Assembly: GCA_044507075.1 (NCBI GenBank)
Contig: JBIQKA010000014.1
Coordinates: 4,388 to 68,387 of the forward strand
DNA: 64,000 nt
Source: Myxococcales bacterium
GTDB taxonomy: Bacteria > Myxococcota_A > Polyangia > Polyangiales > DASUME01
Direction: 5' to 3'
Part shown: positions 53,963-63,462 of the stretch, one piece after another
Layout: each line of letters begins with the position of its first letter
Position numbering within the stretch: the first letter of the stretch is position 1
The notes under the pieces: model-generated
Database searches by the model: none
What the model was told of the DNA's origin: nothing
The model's input: the letters and a program-made list of their open reading frames with translations, nothing else
Position numbers and translations under genes: made by a program

Positions 53963-54880
53963 ATGGCAGAGCGCGTCGCCGCGAGCGAAGGCACCGTCGT
54001 CGACTTCATCCGCTCCACGCTGCGTGGCGTTGGGCAGATCGTCTTTCAAGGCCATGCGGGCACCGGCCTCTTCTTTCTCGTGGGCATCGGCTTCACGTCG
54101 CGCATCCTCTTGCTCGGCGCCGTGCTCGGAGCGCTCGTCTCCACGCTCACGGCGCGTCTACTCCGTTACGATGCGCAGGAGATCACCCAGGGGTTGTTCG
54201 GCTTCAACGCCACGCTCGCGGGCATCGCGCTCCCGTTCTATTTGGATCCCGGCTCGTGGATCACCTGGGCGCTCGTCGTCGTGGGCGCTGTGCTCGCCAC
54301 CGTGCTCACCCGCCTGCTCCGCCAGCACCTGTCCTGGCCCAGCTACACGGCGGGCTTCGTCATCTCCACCTGGCTCCTGCTCCTCTTGATCCACGGAATC
54401 GAGGGAACGGCCATCGATCACAAGCCGGAACCTTCGGGTTCGCTCCACGCGCCCAACAGCTTCGTGTCCGCCTTCCTGGCCGGAGAAGCCGAGATCATGT
54501 TCGGCTCGAGCACATTCACGGGGATCATGTTCCTGCTGGGGATCGCCCTCAGCAACCGCAAACACGCCCTGCTCACGCTGCTCGGCACCGTGGTGGGGAC
54601 GGGCCTCGCCTACTACCACAACGACCCCGCAAACACGATCCGCCTCGGAATCTATGGCTACAACGCCGCGCTGGCCGCGGTGGGCATCGTCCTATGGCGC
54701 GAGTCGCTCCTACTCTCGATCTTGGCCGCGGTGGTCTCGGTGCCGATGACCGAGTTCTTCCCCAAGGTGCTCGGCATTCCTCCGCTCACTGCCCCATTCG
54801 TGGCCGCCTGTTGGTTCGTGATCGCCGTCGGCGGCCTGGACCGCTACTTCAGCCACGTCGCCGGAGCGCACCATGCCTAG
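53963..54880 (+). CDS. urea transporter (UT/Yut family)
   Basis: ATG is preceded by AGGAGG. LRGVGQIVFQ...GLFFLVGI, GLFGFNATLAGIAL, GIYGYNAALAAVG and PPLTAPFV blocks are typical of UT channels. Confidence 0.85.
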   Translation: MAERVAASEGTVVDFIRSTLRGVGQIVFQGHAGTGLFFLVGIGFTSRILLLGAVLGALVSTLTARLLRYDAQEITQGLFGFNATLAGIALPFYLDPGSWITWALVVVGAVLATVLTRLLRQHLSWPSYTAGFVISTWLLLLLIHGIEGTAIDHKPEPSGSLHAPNSFVSAFLAGEAEIMFGSSTFTGIMFLLGIALSNRKHALLTLLGTVVGTGLAYYHNDPANTIRLGIYGYNAALAAVGIVLWRESLLLSILAAVVSVPMTEFFPKVLGIPPLTAPFVAACWFVIAVGGLDRYFSHVAGAHHA

Positions 54881-55050
54881 AGCGCATTTCACAAGTCCCC
54901 GCACCGCCTCGCGGGCGGCGCGGCGTCTGATCCGCCGACCTCGGACACTGCGACAATACCCCAGCATTGCCTCGGTCCGAGGTCGACGGATCCGACGCCG
55001 CGGCGCTCCACGATCCGGCGCGGGGATCTATGAAATGCGCTCTAGGGCAT
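54873..55050. repeat. ~178-nt imperfect palindrome filling the urea transporter-ureA spacer
   Basis: The outer arms CCTAGAGCGCATTTCA (54876-54891) and TGAAATGCGCTCTAGG (55031-55046) are perfectly complementary, and 4 more bp pair with a 1-nt bulge. Inner complementary segments: TCCCCGC/GCGGGGA, CGCGGCGTC/GACGCCGCG, GATCCG.CGACCTCGGAC/GTCCGAGGTCG.CGGATC. Confidence 0.85.
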
Positions 55051-55075
55051 CCGGCCCTGCACATGAGGAATCACC

Positions 55076-55378
55076 ATGCACCTGACGCCACGTGAGATCG
55101 AGAAGATAATGGTGTACTCGCTGGCCGAGATCGCGCTCAAGCGCAGGGCCAAGGGGATCAAGCTGAATCACCCGGAGGCGATGGCCGTGATCTGCGCGGC
55201 CGCCATGGATGGCGCGCGCGAGGGTCGCACCGTGGAAGAGGTGATGGCCTCGTCCGCTCAGGTCTTGAAGCTGAGCGACGTGATGGAGGGCGTGGCCGAC
55301 ATGATCCCCTTCGTGCAACTCGAGGCCGTGTTCACGGATGGCAGCCGCCTGATCACCGTCCACCAACCGATCCGCTGA
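55076..55378 (+). CDS. ureA: urease subunit gamma
   Basis: [35 protein letters not shown]...FPDGSRL-type full-length match (100 aa). Confidence 0.95.
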   Translation: MHLTPREIEKIMVYSLAEIALKRRAKGIKLNHPEAMAVICAAAMDGAREGRTVEEVMASSAQVLKLSDVMEGVADMIPFVQLEAVFTDGSRLITVHQPIR

Positions 55379-55408
55379 CTTCGCAACGCGCGAGCATAGG
55401 AGCACACC

Positions 55409-55822
55409 ATGACCAAGAAGGATGGCGAGGCACGGGTGCCGGTCGGGGGCCTGCTGCTGCGAGAAGAGGAGATCGAGCTCAACGCGGGGCGCGAGGTCGT
55501 CACCCTCAAGGCCCGCAACACCGGTGATCGTCCGATCCAGGTCGGGTCCCACTATCACTTCTTCGAGGTCAACCGTTTCCTCGAGTTCGACCGCGCGCGC
55601 GCGTTCGGGATGCGCATGGACATCCCCGCCACCACGGCGGTGCGGTTCGAACCCGGCGATGAAAAGACCATCAACCTCGTGCCCTACGGCGGCAAGCGCT
55701 ACGCGTACGGCTTCAACAACCTCGTGGACGGTTGGGTGGGTGGTTCGCCCACGACCTACCGCCCCAACTTCACGGAGGCGATGAAGCGCGCCGAGGAGCG
55801 CGGCTTCAAGTCCAAGAAGTAG
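55409..55822 (+). CDS. ureB: urease subunit beta
   Basis: [46 protein letters not shown]...LVPYGG. Confidence 0.95.
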   Translation: MTKKDGEARVPVGGLLLREEEIELNAGREVVTLKARNTGDRPIQVGSHYHFFEVNRFLEFDRARAFGMRMDIPATTAVRFEPGDEKTINLVPYGGKRYAYGFNNLVDGWVGGSPTTYRPNFTEAMKRAEERGFKSKK

Positions 55823-55904
55823 TTCCGTCCAGGATGACTGGTTGTTCAGCTCGCGGGCGCAGCTGCCCGCCCCGAACGTTCGCCAGCACGGAGGCGAGGT
55901 TTCC

Positions 55905-57623
55905 ATGTCCAAGATCTCACGCAGGCAATACGCAGACCTCTACGGCCCCACCACGGGAGACAAGATCCGCCTCGGCAACACGGACCTCTACGTCGAGATC
56001 GAGCGCGACCTTCGCGTCTACGGTGACGAGGCCGTGTACGGCGGCGGCAAGACCATGCGCGACGGGGGAGGCATCGAAAACCGCCTGACCTCGGCAGCGG
56101 GCGCGCCGGACCTACTGATCACCAACGTCACGATCATCGACCCCTACCTCGGCGTCATCAAGGCCGACGTCGGCATGAAGGATGGAAAGATCGCAGGGGT
56201 CGGCAAGGCGGGGAACCCCAACACCATGGAGGGCGTGACGCCGGGCCTGGCAGTGGGGCCCGCGACCGACGCGATCTCCGGGGAACACATGATCCTCACG
56301 CCGGCAGGCATGGACGCGCACGTGCACTACATCTCACCCCAGCAGGTGTACGCCGCGCTCTCGAATGGCATCACCACGCTGTGGGGAGGCGGCGTTGGCC
56401 CCACCGACGGCACCAATGGCACCACCATCACCTCGGGCCCACAAAACCTCGCCTGGATGCTCCAGGCCGCGGAGGGCCTGCCGATCAACTTCGGCTTCTT
56501 GGGCAAAGGCAACTCGAGCGGCAAGGGCCCCTTGGTGGAGCAGCTCATCGGGGGCGCCGCCGGCTTCAAAGTTCACGAGGACTGGGGCACCACACCGAGC
56601 GCAATTCGCAGCGCGCTCTCCGTCGCAGACGAATACGACGTCCAGGTGTGCATCCATACCGATACGCTGAACGAGGCCGGCTACGTGGAGGACACCGTCG
56701 CCGCCATGGACGGGAGAACCATCCACACTTACCACTCGGAGGGCGCGGGCGGCGGCCACGCGCCGGACATCCTGCGCGTGTGCGCGGAGCCCAACGTCCT
56801 GCCGAGTTCGACCAATCCGACGCTGCCCTTCGGGGTCAATTCGATGGCCGAGCTCTTCGACATGATCATGGTCTGTCACAACCTGAACCCGAAGGTCCGC
56901 TCCGACGTGGAGTTTGCCGAGAGCCGCGTACGCGCGGAGACCATCGCCGCCGAGAGCGTTTTGCACGACATGGGCCTCATCTCCATCATCTCGAGCGACT
57001 CCCAGGCCATGGGTCGGGTCGGCGAGACGTTCATGCGCGCCATTCAGACGGCTGACACCATGAAGAAGGCACGAGGGAAGCTGCCCGAAGACGCTCCCGA
57101 CAACGACAACTTTCGGGTCCTGCGCTTTCTTTCGAAGGTCACCATCAACCCCGCCATCGCGCAGGGCATCGGGCACGTGTTGGGATCCATCACGCCCGGC
57201 AAGCTCGCCGACCTCGTGCTCTGGGAGCCCGCGTTTTTTGGCGCCAAACCCAAGATGGTGATCAAGGGTGGTCTGATCAATTGGGCGAGCACGGGCGACC
57301 CGAACGCGTCCCTGCCGACCCCGCAGCCCGTGATGTATCGCCCCATGTTCGGAGGCTTCGGCTTAGCCATGCCCTCCACCTGCGTGAGCTTCGTGTCGCG
57401 GGCCGCCTACGACAACGGCATCAAGGAGAAGCTCGGCTTGCAGCGCAAGGTGATCCCAGTGCTTGGCACGCGCACGCTCGGCAAGCAGAACATGGTGCGC
57501 AACACGACCCTCGCGAAGATCGAGGTCGATTCGCAGACCTTCGCGGTGAAGGTCGACGGCGTGCACGCCACGGTGCCGCCCGCGAAGTCGCTCTCGTTGG
57601 GCCAACTCTATTTCTTTAGCTGA
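55905..57623 (+). CDS. ureC: urease subunit alpha
   Basis: Start [28 protein letters not shown] with GGAGG upstream. Contains [37 protein letters not shown] and MVCHNL. Confidence 0.95.
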   Translation: MSKISRRQYADLYGPTTGDKIRLGNTDLYVEIERDLRVYGDEAVYGGGKTMRDGGGIENRLTSAAGAPDLLITNVTIIDPYLGVIKADVGMKDGKIAGVGKAGNPNTMEGVTPGLAVGPATDAISGEHMILTPAGMDAHVHYISPQQVYAALSNGITTLWGGGVGPTDGTNGTTITSGPQNLAWMLQAAEGLPINFGFLGKGNSSGKGPLVEQLIGGAAGFKVHEDWGTTPSAIRSALSVADEYDVQVCIHTDTLNEAGYVEDTVAAMDGRTIHTYHSEGAGGGHAPDILRVCAEPNVLPSSTNPTLPFGVNSMAELFDMIMVCHNLNPKVRSDVEFAESRVRAETIAAESVLHDMGLISIISSDSQAMGRVGETFMRAIQTADTMKKARGKLPEDAPDNDNFRVLRFLSKVTINPAIAQGIGHVLGSITPGKLADLVLWEPAFFGAKPKMVIKGGLINWASTGDPNASLPTPQPVMYRPMFGGFGLAMPSTCVSFVSRAAYDNGIKEKLGLQRKVIPVLGTRTLGKQNMVRNTTLAKIEVDSQTFAVKVDGVHATVPPAKSLSLGQLYFFS

Positions 57624-57702
57624 TCCCATTCAGCTCATCTGTGCGCTTCCCTCGCGGGAGGACGCGGCCGATGTCATCTCGCTGTAGCTCGCTGTCTCGC
57701 TC

Positions 57703-57721
57703 GCGGGTCGAACCGACCCGC
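57703..57721 (+). other. GC-rich hairpin in the ureC-porin spacer
   Basis: GCGGGTCG-aac-CGACCCGC (8-bp stem), with no T-tract. Confidence 0.25.
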
Positions 57722-57777
57722 TCCGACCGCAGTACTGGGCGTAGGTCATCGACCCCCTCACTCCCTCGGCACGCGAG

Positions 57778-59526
57778 GTGGAAGGCTCCATGTTCACCCT
57801 GGAACTGGCTGACGATCGCCAATCAACGCACACGACCTCGCATACGCCATCTGGCCACGGAGCGTGGCGCTCACGGCTGCGGCTCGCCTCGGCGATGCTG
57901 TGGATCGCCGGCTCGTCCGTCGCGCACGCCCAGGAACTTCCTCCACCACCTCCCACGCTCGAGGTGGTCCCCGTCGTTCCCGCGCCGGCCCCTGAAACTC
58001 CTCCCGGGCCGCCTGCCCCCTCCACGGCCGAGTTGGAGGCCGAGATCGCGCGGTTACGTCAGCAGAGCGACGCATCCCGAGCGGAGCTGCACCGGCTCGA
58101 ACAGGAGCTCGGCGCACTGCGTGCGCGCCAGGAGGTCCATGAGACCTCCACCGCGCGCGCGCAAAAGCCGCCCCCCGGCACCGTGAGCGGCGTGCCCACC
58201 CGCTACCATTCCGGCGCCTTTGGCCCAAGCACGCCCGTCGCGCCCGACGCCGACCACCAACCCATCGTCCAGGCGCGCTACGGGTACAATGGCGATGCGA
58301 CGGGGCCGCTCGGCGGCGGCGGCCATTTCAAGGCCGCTACTGCGGACGACGAATTCAGCGTCGCAGTGACCGCCCAGATCACCGTGGACGGCACGTTCTT
58401 CAACCACAACAAGATGCCCACGGACGAGCAGGGCTTCAACATCCCGTTCGCCCGCCTCTATCTGTACGGAAACGTCACCAAGATGGTGAGCTATCAGGTG
58501 GGCGTGCAGGGCTTCTTGGGCACGTTCAACCTGCTCGACGCGTTCTTCAGCTGGCACCTCTACAAGAACCTGACCCTGCGCTTCGGCAAGGGCCTCACAC
58601 CGCCGCTCTACGAGTACTTCTCGTTCAACCCGGCGCTCGAACCGGTGATCACGAACTCGCCACTCTTTCAGTTGGCTGCCAAGCGCCCGATCGGCGTCAT
58701 GCTCACAGGCACGCTGGCCAAGGAGCGCCTCGGGTTCTGGGCGGGGGTGAGCAACAGCGGAACGAGCCTGTTCGGCAACCTCGACAACAACGTCGACTTC
58801 AACACCCACGTCGAATTCAACCCCTTCCGGGGAGAGCGCTGGAAGAACGGCTTTCTGGAGGGCCTCGGCCTGGGCGCCGGCTTCTCGGTCGGCAAGCAAC
58901 GCTACGCGCTCGATCAAACGAGCATCGCCTTCACCAACAATGGCGAGGCCACCACCAACCCGAGCTTCGTCACCGTGGTGGGCATCCCCTGGTACGTCTA
59001 CAACGATGACGTGCGGACCGATGGTCAGCGCTTCCGCCTGGCGCCGCACCTTTACTACTTCGGCCGGGTGAGCCTGCTCGGCGAGTACATGTTTCATCGC
59101 CGCGACCTCACGAACGGCACCCGCGGCGGCATGTCGACGCAGCACGCGTATTACGTCAACGGTTCGGTCTGGCTCACCGGCGAGCGCGACTTCAAGGGCA
59201 CCGCCTTTCAGGCCTATGCCACCGTGGACCCCAGACGCCCCCTCGCGCGTGGAAGCCGGGGTCCAGGAGCGTTTCAGCTCGCGGGACAATGGTCCCAGTT
59301 CTTTGCCGGGGACCGCGACATCGAGCGCGGCTTGGTGGATGACACGCGCTCGACGACGCGCATGGACAACGTGATGGCGGGCCTCAACTGGTGGCCCAAT
59401 AAGCACGTCCGCATTACCGTGAACTACGTAAAGACCTGGTTCGACGAGGCGATCCCGATCCGCAGCCGTGGACCGAATCTGTCCTCGTATCAGACGGCGT
59501 GGTTCCGCTTTGCCCTGTTCCTCTGA
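57778..59526 (+). CDS. OprO/OprP-like (Porin_O_P family) outer-membrane porin with N-terminal coiled coil
   Basis: Signal ...AMLWIAGSSVAHA. Coiled coil AELEAEIARLRQQSDASRAELHRLEQELGALRARQ. Barrel blocks FNIPFARLYLYGNV, LLDAFFSWHLYKNLTLRFGKGLTPPLYEYF, RPIGVMLTG, GFWAGVSNSG. The start is uncertain. Confidence 0.7.
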   Translation: MEGSMFTLELADDRQSTHTTSHTPSGHGAWRSRLRLASAMLWIAGSSVAHAQELPPPPPTLEVVPVVPAPAPETPPGPPAPSTAELEAEIARLRQQSDASRAELHRLEQELGALRARQEVHETSTARAQKPPPGTVSGVPTRYHSGAFGPSTPVAPDADHQPIVQARYGYNGDATGPLGGGGHFKAATADDEFSVAVTAQITVDGTFFNHNKMPTDEQGFNIPFARLYLYGNVTKMVSYQVGVQGFLGTFNLLDAFFSWHLYKNLTLRFGKGLTPPLYEYFSFNPALEPVITNSPLFQLAAKRPIGVMLTGTLAKERLGFWAGVSNSGTSLFGNLDNNVDFNTHVEFNPFRGERWKNGFLEGLGLGAGFSVGKQRYALDQTSIAFTNNGEATTNPSFVTVVGIPWYVYNDDVRTDGQRFRLAPHLYYFGRVSLLGEYMFHRRDLTNGTRGGMSTQHAYYVNGSVWLTGERDFKGTAFQAYATVDPRRPLARGSRGPGAFQLAGQWSQFFAGDRDIERGLVDDTRSTTRMDNVMAGLNWWPNKHVRITVNYVKTWFDEAIPIRSRGPNLSSYQTAWFRFALFL

Positions 59527-59580
59527 GGGAGGACCGCGGCGAGCATCGGCTGTGCGCCCTCGAACACAAGGAAGAATGAG

Positions 59581-60213
59581 ATGAAGAAGATCACGCGCAT
59601 CGGAGTGGGCGGCCCCGTGGGCTCCGGCAAGACGGCTGTCATCGAGGCGATCACGCCGCTCTTGCTCGACCTCGGCGTCCGCGTCCTGATCGTGACCAAC
59701 GACGTGGTCACCACCGAGGACGCCAAGCACGTTCGGCGCACGTTGAAGGGGGTGTTGGTGGAGGAGCGCATCCTCGGCGTGGAGACGGGAGCGTGCCCGC
59801 ACACTGCGGTGCGCGAGGATCCGAGCATGAACCTGGCGGCCGTGGAGGACATGGAGAGGCGTTTTCCGGACAGCGACCTCGTACTCATCGAGAGCGGCGG
59901 CGACAACCTCACCCTCACCTTCAGCCCCGCGCTCGTCGACTACTTCATCTATGTGATCGACGTGGCCGCGGGCGACAAGATCCCACGCAAGAACGGCCCG
60001 GGCATCTCACAGTCCGACATCCTCGTGATCAACAAGACCGACCTCGCTCCCTACGTGGGCGCGAGCCTCGACGTCATGCGTGACGACTCCAAGATGATGC
60101 GAGGCACCAAGCCCTTCGTATTCACGAATTGCAAGGCCGGCGAAGGGATCTCCGAGCTGGTCGCGCTGATCCGTCAAGAGGTGCTGTTCGACCTCAAGCT
60201 CAAGTCCGCCTGA
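59581..60213 (+). CDS. ureG: urease accessory GTPase UreG
   Basis: P-loop [22 protein letters not shown] (CPH nickel site), ESGGDNL and NKTDLAP. Confidence 0.95.
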   Translation: MKKITRIGVGGPVGSGKTAVIEAITPLLLDLGVRVLIVTNDVVTTEDAKHVRRTLKGVLVEERILGVETGACPHTAVREDPSMNLAAVEDMERRFPDSDLVLIESGGDNLTLTFSPALVDYFIYVIDVAAGDKIPRKNGPGISQSDILVINKTDLAPYVGASLDVMRDDSKMMRGTKPFVFTNCKAGEGISELVALIRQEVLFDLKLKSA

Positions 60214-60227
60214 AGAAGCGCTCCGTC

Positions 60228-61136
60228 ATGCAAGCGACCGCCCCGGAACTGCTCCCCTACCTTGCGGAGCCGCCGCAGCTACCGAGCGGCGCGCCTGGGA
60301 AGAACGGGTATCTGAAGCTCGGCTTCGAGCGACAGGGCGAGCGCACCATCTTGCGCGAACTGGAGCGCCGCGTTCCGCTCCTGGTGCAGCAGGCGCTCTA
60401 CTGGGACGAGGAGTTTTTGGGCCTTCCCTGCGTGGCGATCATCTCGAACGCGGGCGGCATCGTGCAGGGCGATCGCTACACCATCGAGATCGAGCTGGGG
60501 GCTGAGGCGCAAGCCCATGTCACCACCCAGGCGGCCACCAAGATCCACGTGATGGATCACAACTATGCCGCGCAGACGCAGCACGTCCGGCTCGGCGAGG
60601 GTGCCTACCTCGAGTACCTGCCCGATCCGATGATCCCCCATCGCCATACGCGCTTTCTCATGCACACCACGCTGACCATGGCGCCCAACGCCACCCTGTT
60701 CTACGCGGAGATCCTGTCGGCGGGCCGCAAGCACCACGGGGAGGGCGAGCTCTACCAGTTCGATCTCTTCTCGTCGCTGGTGCGCGCGGAGCGGGAGGAC
60801 GGGCGAGAGCTCTTCGTCGAAAAATTCGTGGTCGAGCCGGGCCAGAGCCCGGTGCGTCAGCTGGGCGTGGTCGGGCCGTACGACGTGTTCGCCAATGCGC
60901 TGTTGCTCACACCGAGAGCATACGCCGACGCTATCTTCGAGGAGCTGGGCGCGGGCTTCGACGCGCGCGCAGAGCTCGCGAGCGGCGCAAGTCGCCTCCC
61001 CAACGACGCCGGGCTCGTGTTCAAGGTGCTGGGTATGGAGACCGAGCCCGTGCGCGCGAGGCTGCGCGAATTTTGGTCCCTCGTCCGCACCCACGTCACC
61101 GGCAAGGGCTTGATGAAGGAGCCCCCATGGCGCTGA
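60228..61136 (+). CDS. ureD: urease accessory protein UreD (UreH)
   Basis: Start MQATAPE at 60228. G.L.L.FER.G.RT, SNAGGIVQGDRY.IEI and TTQAATKI blocks typical of UreD. Confidence 0.8.
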   Translation: MQATAPELLPYLAEPPQLPSGAPGKNGYLKLGFERQGERTILRELERRVPLLVQQALYWDEEFLGLPCVAIISNAGGIVQGDRYTIEIELGAEAQAHVTTQAATKIHVMDHNYAAQTQHVRLGEGAYLEYLPDPMIPHRHTRFLMHTTLTMAPNATLFYAEILSAGRKHHGEGELYQFDLFSSLVRAEREDGRELFVEKFVVEPGQSPVRQLGVVGPYDVFANALLLTPRAYADAIFEELGAGFDARAELASGASRLPNDAGLVFKVLGMETEPVRARLREFWSLVRTHVTGKGLMKEPPWR

Positions 61137-61179
61137 GGGCGCGGACCCTCCTCGCACATTCATCCGAAGGAGCCAGCCC

Positions 61180-61839
61180 ATGATTCTGATCGAAGCGATA
61201 CTCGGCAACCTGCGCTGCGAGGAATGGAAAGAGAAGCTCGAGGGCGCCACGCTGGACGAGCTGAGCCTCGACCAGTGGCAGGCACAAAAGACGCGCCTGC
61301 GCACGACCACGCGCGACGGTCACGAGATCGCGCTCTCGCTCGACCGCAGGAGCCACCTGCACGATGGCGACATCCTGCACTGGAGTCCCAAGGACAGGCG
61401 CGCGATCGTCGTGCGTATCCAGCTCCAGGATGTGATGGTCGTCCACCTCGACCAGGTCGACAAAGCGCCCGCGAGCACGCTCGCTCAAACCTGCGTGGAG
61501 CTCGGGCACGCCCTGGGCAACCAGCACTGGCCCGCCGTGGTCAAAGACAGCAAGATCTACGTGCCGCTCACGGTCGATCGCAAGGTCATGGCGTCGGTGA
61601 TGAAGACCCATGCCTTCGAGGGCATCCACTATGAGTTCGTGGACGGCGCCGAGGTGATCCCCTTCCTCGCACCGCACGAGGCGCGCCGGCTGTTCGGCGG
61701 CGCCGACTCCACACCGCACAGCCACGTTCATGGCGATCCCATGCACGCGCACGAGGGGATGAGCGAGCCCCATGCCCATCCGGGCGGCCACGAACCGCAC
61801 ACCCACGCGGCTTCTTCGCCTGCCCAGGCGGGACGCTAG
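61180..61839 (+). CDS. ureE: urease accessory metallochaperone UreE with His-rich tail
   Basis: LGHALGNQHWPAV (GNRH-type motif). C-terminal HSHVHGDPMHAHEGMSEPHAHPGGHEPHTH. Confidence 0.85.
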   Translation: MILIEAILGNLRCEEWKEKLEGATLDELSLDQWQAQKTRLRTTTRDGHEIALSLDRRSHLHDGDILHWSPKDRRAIVVRIQLQDVMVVHLDQVDKAPASTLAQTCVELGHALGNQHWPAVVKDSKIYVPLTVDRKVMASVMKTHAFEGIHYEFVDGAEVIPFLAPHEARRLFGGADSTPHSHVHGDPMHAHEGMSEPHAHPGGHEPHTHAASSPAQAGR

Positions 61840-62553
61840 ATGAAGACGCGCGCAGCGCCGGGTGTCGCGAGCATCCTCGAGTTGATGCGGGTCTTGCAGT
61901 TCGGCGACTCCGTGGTGCCCGTGGGCTCGTTCTCGTTCTCCAACGGCCTCGAATCGGCGGTGCAGCAGGGGATCGTCCACGATCTGGTCACGCTCGAGAC
62001 CCTCGTAGAAACCGCCCTCGCGCAGGCGGCGCTGAGCGATGGCATCGCGCTCCTGCACGCGCACCGCGCGGCCTTGCGGGGGGAGCTGTCCGCGATCATC
62101 CAGGCCGACTTCGCCGTGCACAATCGCAAGCTCAATGAGGAGATGCGGCTGATGACGGTGCGCATGGGACGCAAGCTCGCCGAGCTCGCCGCCCACGTGT
62201 TCGAAGCGCCGATGGTCGCCGGGTGGCTACACGCCATCCGGGCGGGCGAGACGCCCGGCAGCTACCCGATCGCGCAAGCCCTCGTGTTCGCGGACGCCGA
62301 GCTCAGCGAGCACGACGCGTTCGCGGTGCATCAATATGGCCTCGCCTCGATGATGCTGGGCGCAGCGCTGCGGCTGATGCGCCTGAGCCACCTCGACGCC
62401 CAGCGCATCTTGTTCGCGGTCAACGGCGCGGCCGGCGAACATTACGCGCGGATCGCAGGTGCAAGCCTCGAGGACATGGCCAGCTTCGCCCCCATGCTCG
62501 ACATCCTGGCCAGCGTGCACGTGAAGTCCCACGTGCGGATGTTCATGAACTAG
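61840..62553 (+). CDS. ureF: urease accessory protein UreF
   Basis: The ATG immediately follows the ureE stop. LQFGDSVVPVGSFSFSNGLESAV... is the typical UreF N-terminal block. Confidence 0.85.
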   Translation: MKTRAAPGVASILELMRVLQFGDSVVPVGSFSFSNGLESAVQQGIVHDLVTLETLVETALAQAALSDGIALLHAHRAALRGELSAIIQADFAVHNRKLNEEMRLMTVRMGRKLAELAAHVFEAPMVAGWLHAIRAGETPGSYPIAQALVFADAELSEHDAFAVHQYGLASMMLGAALRLMRLSHLDAQRILFAVNGAAGEHYARIAGASLEDMASFAPMLDILASVHVKSHVRMFMN

Positions 62554-62811
62554 CTGCGCGCCCTCCGATCTGGCGCGGACCTCGGCCCGCGAACGCTCGC
62601 GCTCGCGAGCCCTCCAAATGGATCGTTCCAAAATGGGAACTTCTGCGATGGGCGGCGGCCAACCCGAGGCAAGCTAGCCCACGATTCCTCACCGACCTCC
62701 GCGGCGAGTTGGTGAAGGGGGCTACCGAACGCGACTATCCAACCGGCTCAAACCCTCGAGCTTCGAGAGCACGGTTGGAGATAGGCGACAGATCGTGATA
62801 TGTAGGCGCGG

Positions 62812-63372
62812 ATGACAACGACGCGCACTGTAACTTTTGAGTACGAGGCTCCTCCGAGCGAAGTGGCGGCCCTCCTCCAGGACCCGATCTTCCTGCGTCA
62901 CCGCTCGGAGAGCGCCGGCGAGACCAACATCGACGTGCGCGTCGAGCCGGAGAGCAACGGGACCCGCGTCACGGTGTCGCGCGAGAAGAACGTGGATGTG
63001 CCCGCGTTCGCCAAGCCCATCCTCGGCTCTGCGCGCAAGGCCGTCGAGCGCACCCTGTGGCGTCCCTCGGGAGACAGCTGGCAGGCCGAGTACACCATCG
63101 AGGTGGGCGGAGTTCCGGTGAAGGCGCAGGGCAAGAGCACGCTCGCGCCGAGCCCGGGCGGCTGCAAGTACACCTCGACCTTCGAGATCACCGCCAAGAT
63201 CCCGCTGGTGGGCAGGAAGATCGAGGAGTTCGTGGCCGAGGGCCTGGTGGAGCAGCTGCTGCAGAACGCACAGCGCAACGCCGAAGGCCTGGCCCGCAGC
63301 GCCCCGCGCGGCACGCAGTCCCTCATCGAAGGGCTCGCCCCCGCGTCCGACAAGGCCGTCAACCACGGCTGA
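62812..63372 (+). CDS. DUF2505 / SRPBCC-like protein
   Basis: FEYEAPPSEVAALLQDP.F...R......VPAFAKPILG...W....TFEITAKIPLVGRKIEEFV matches the DUF2505 pattern. Confidence 0.6.
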   Translation: MTTTRTVTFEYEAPPSEVAALLQDPIFLRHRSESAGETNIDVRVEPESNGTRVTVSREKNVDVPAFAKPILGSARKAVERTLWRPSGDSWQAEYTIEVGGVPVKAQGKSTLAPSPGGCKYTSTFEITAKIPLVGRKIEEFVAEGLVEQLLQNAQRNAEGLARSAPRGTQSLIEGLAPASDKAVNHG

Positions 63373-63462
63373 AGCGAGCCCGCGCGGCGCCCGCCGCCCG
63401 GCTTTCGCAACTGAGTCGCCGCGCGCGGCCGAGAGCGGAGCTGTCCTGCAGACGTCGGCCCG

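Noticed and set aside
55040-55075. CTAGGG..CCGG string upstream of ureA reminiscent of the ykkC (guanidine-I) riboswitch core
   Set aside because: Only about 30 nt separate it from the ATG. The other conserved ykkC segments (GGUCCGAGAG, ACACGG, GGGA...CCCGGGAGA) are absent. The string is simply the right arm of the long palindrome.
58054-59802. 582-aa minus-strand ORF opposite the porin and the ureG start
   Set aside because: It is an antisense shadow. The plus-strand frames carry porin and UreG signatures.
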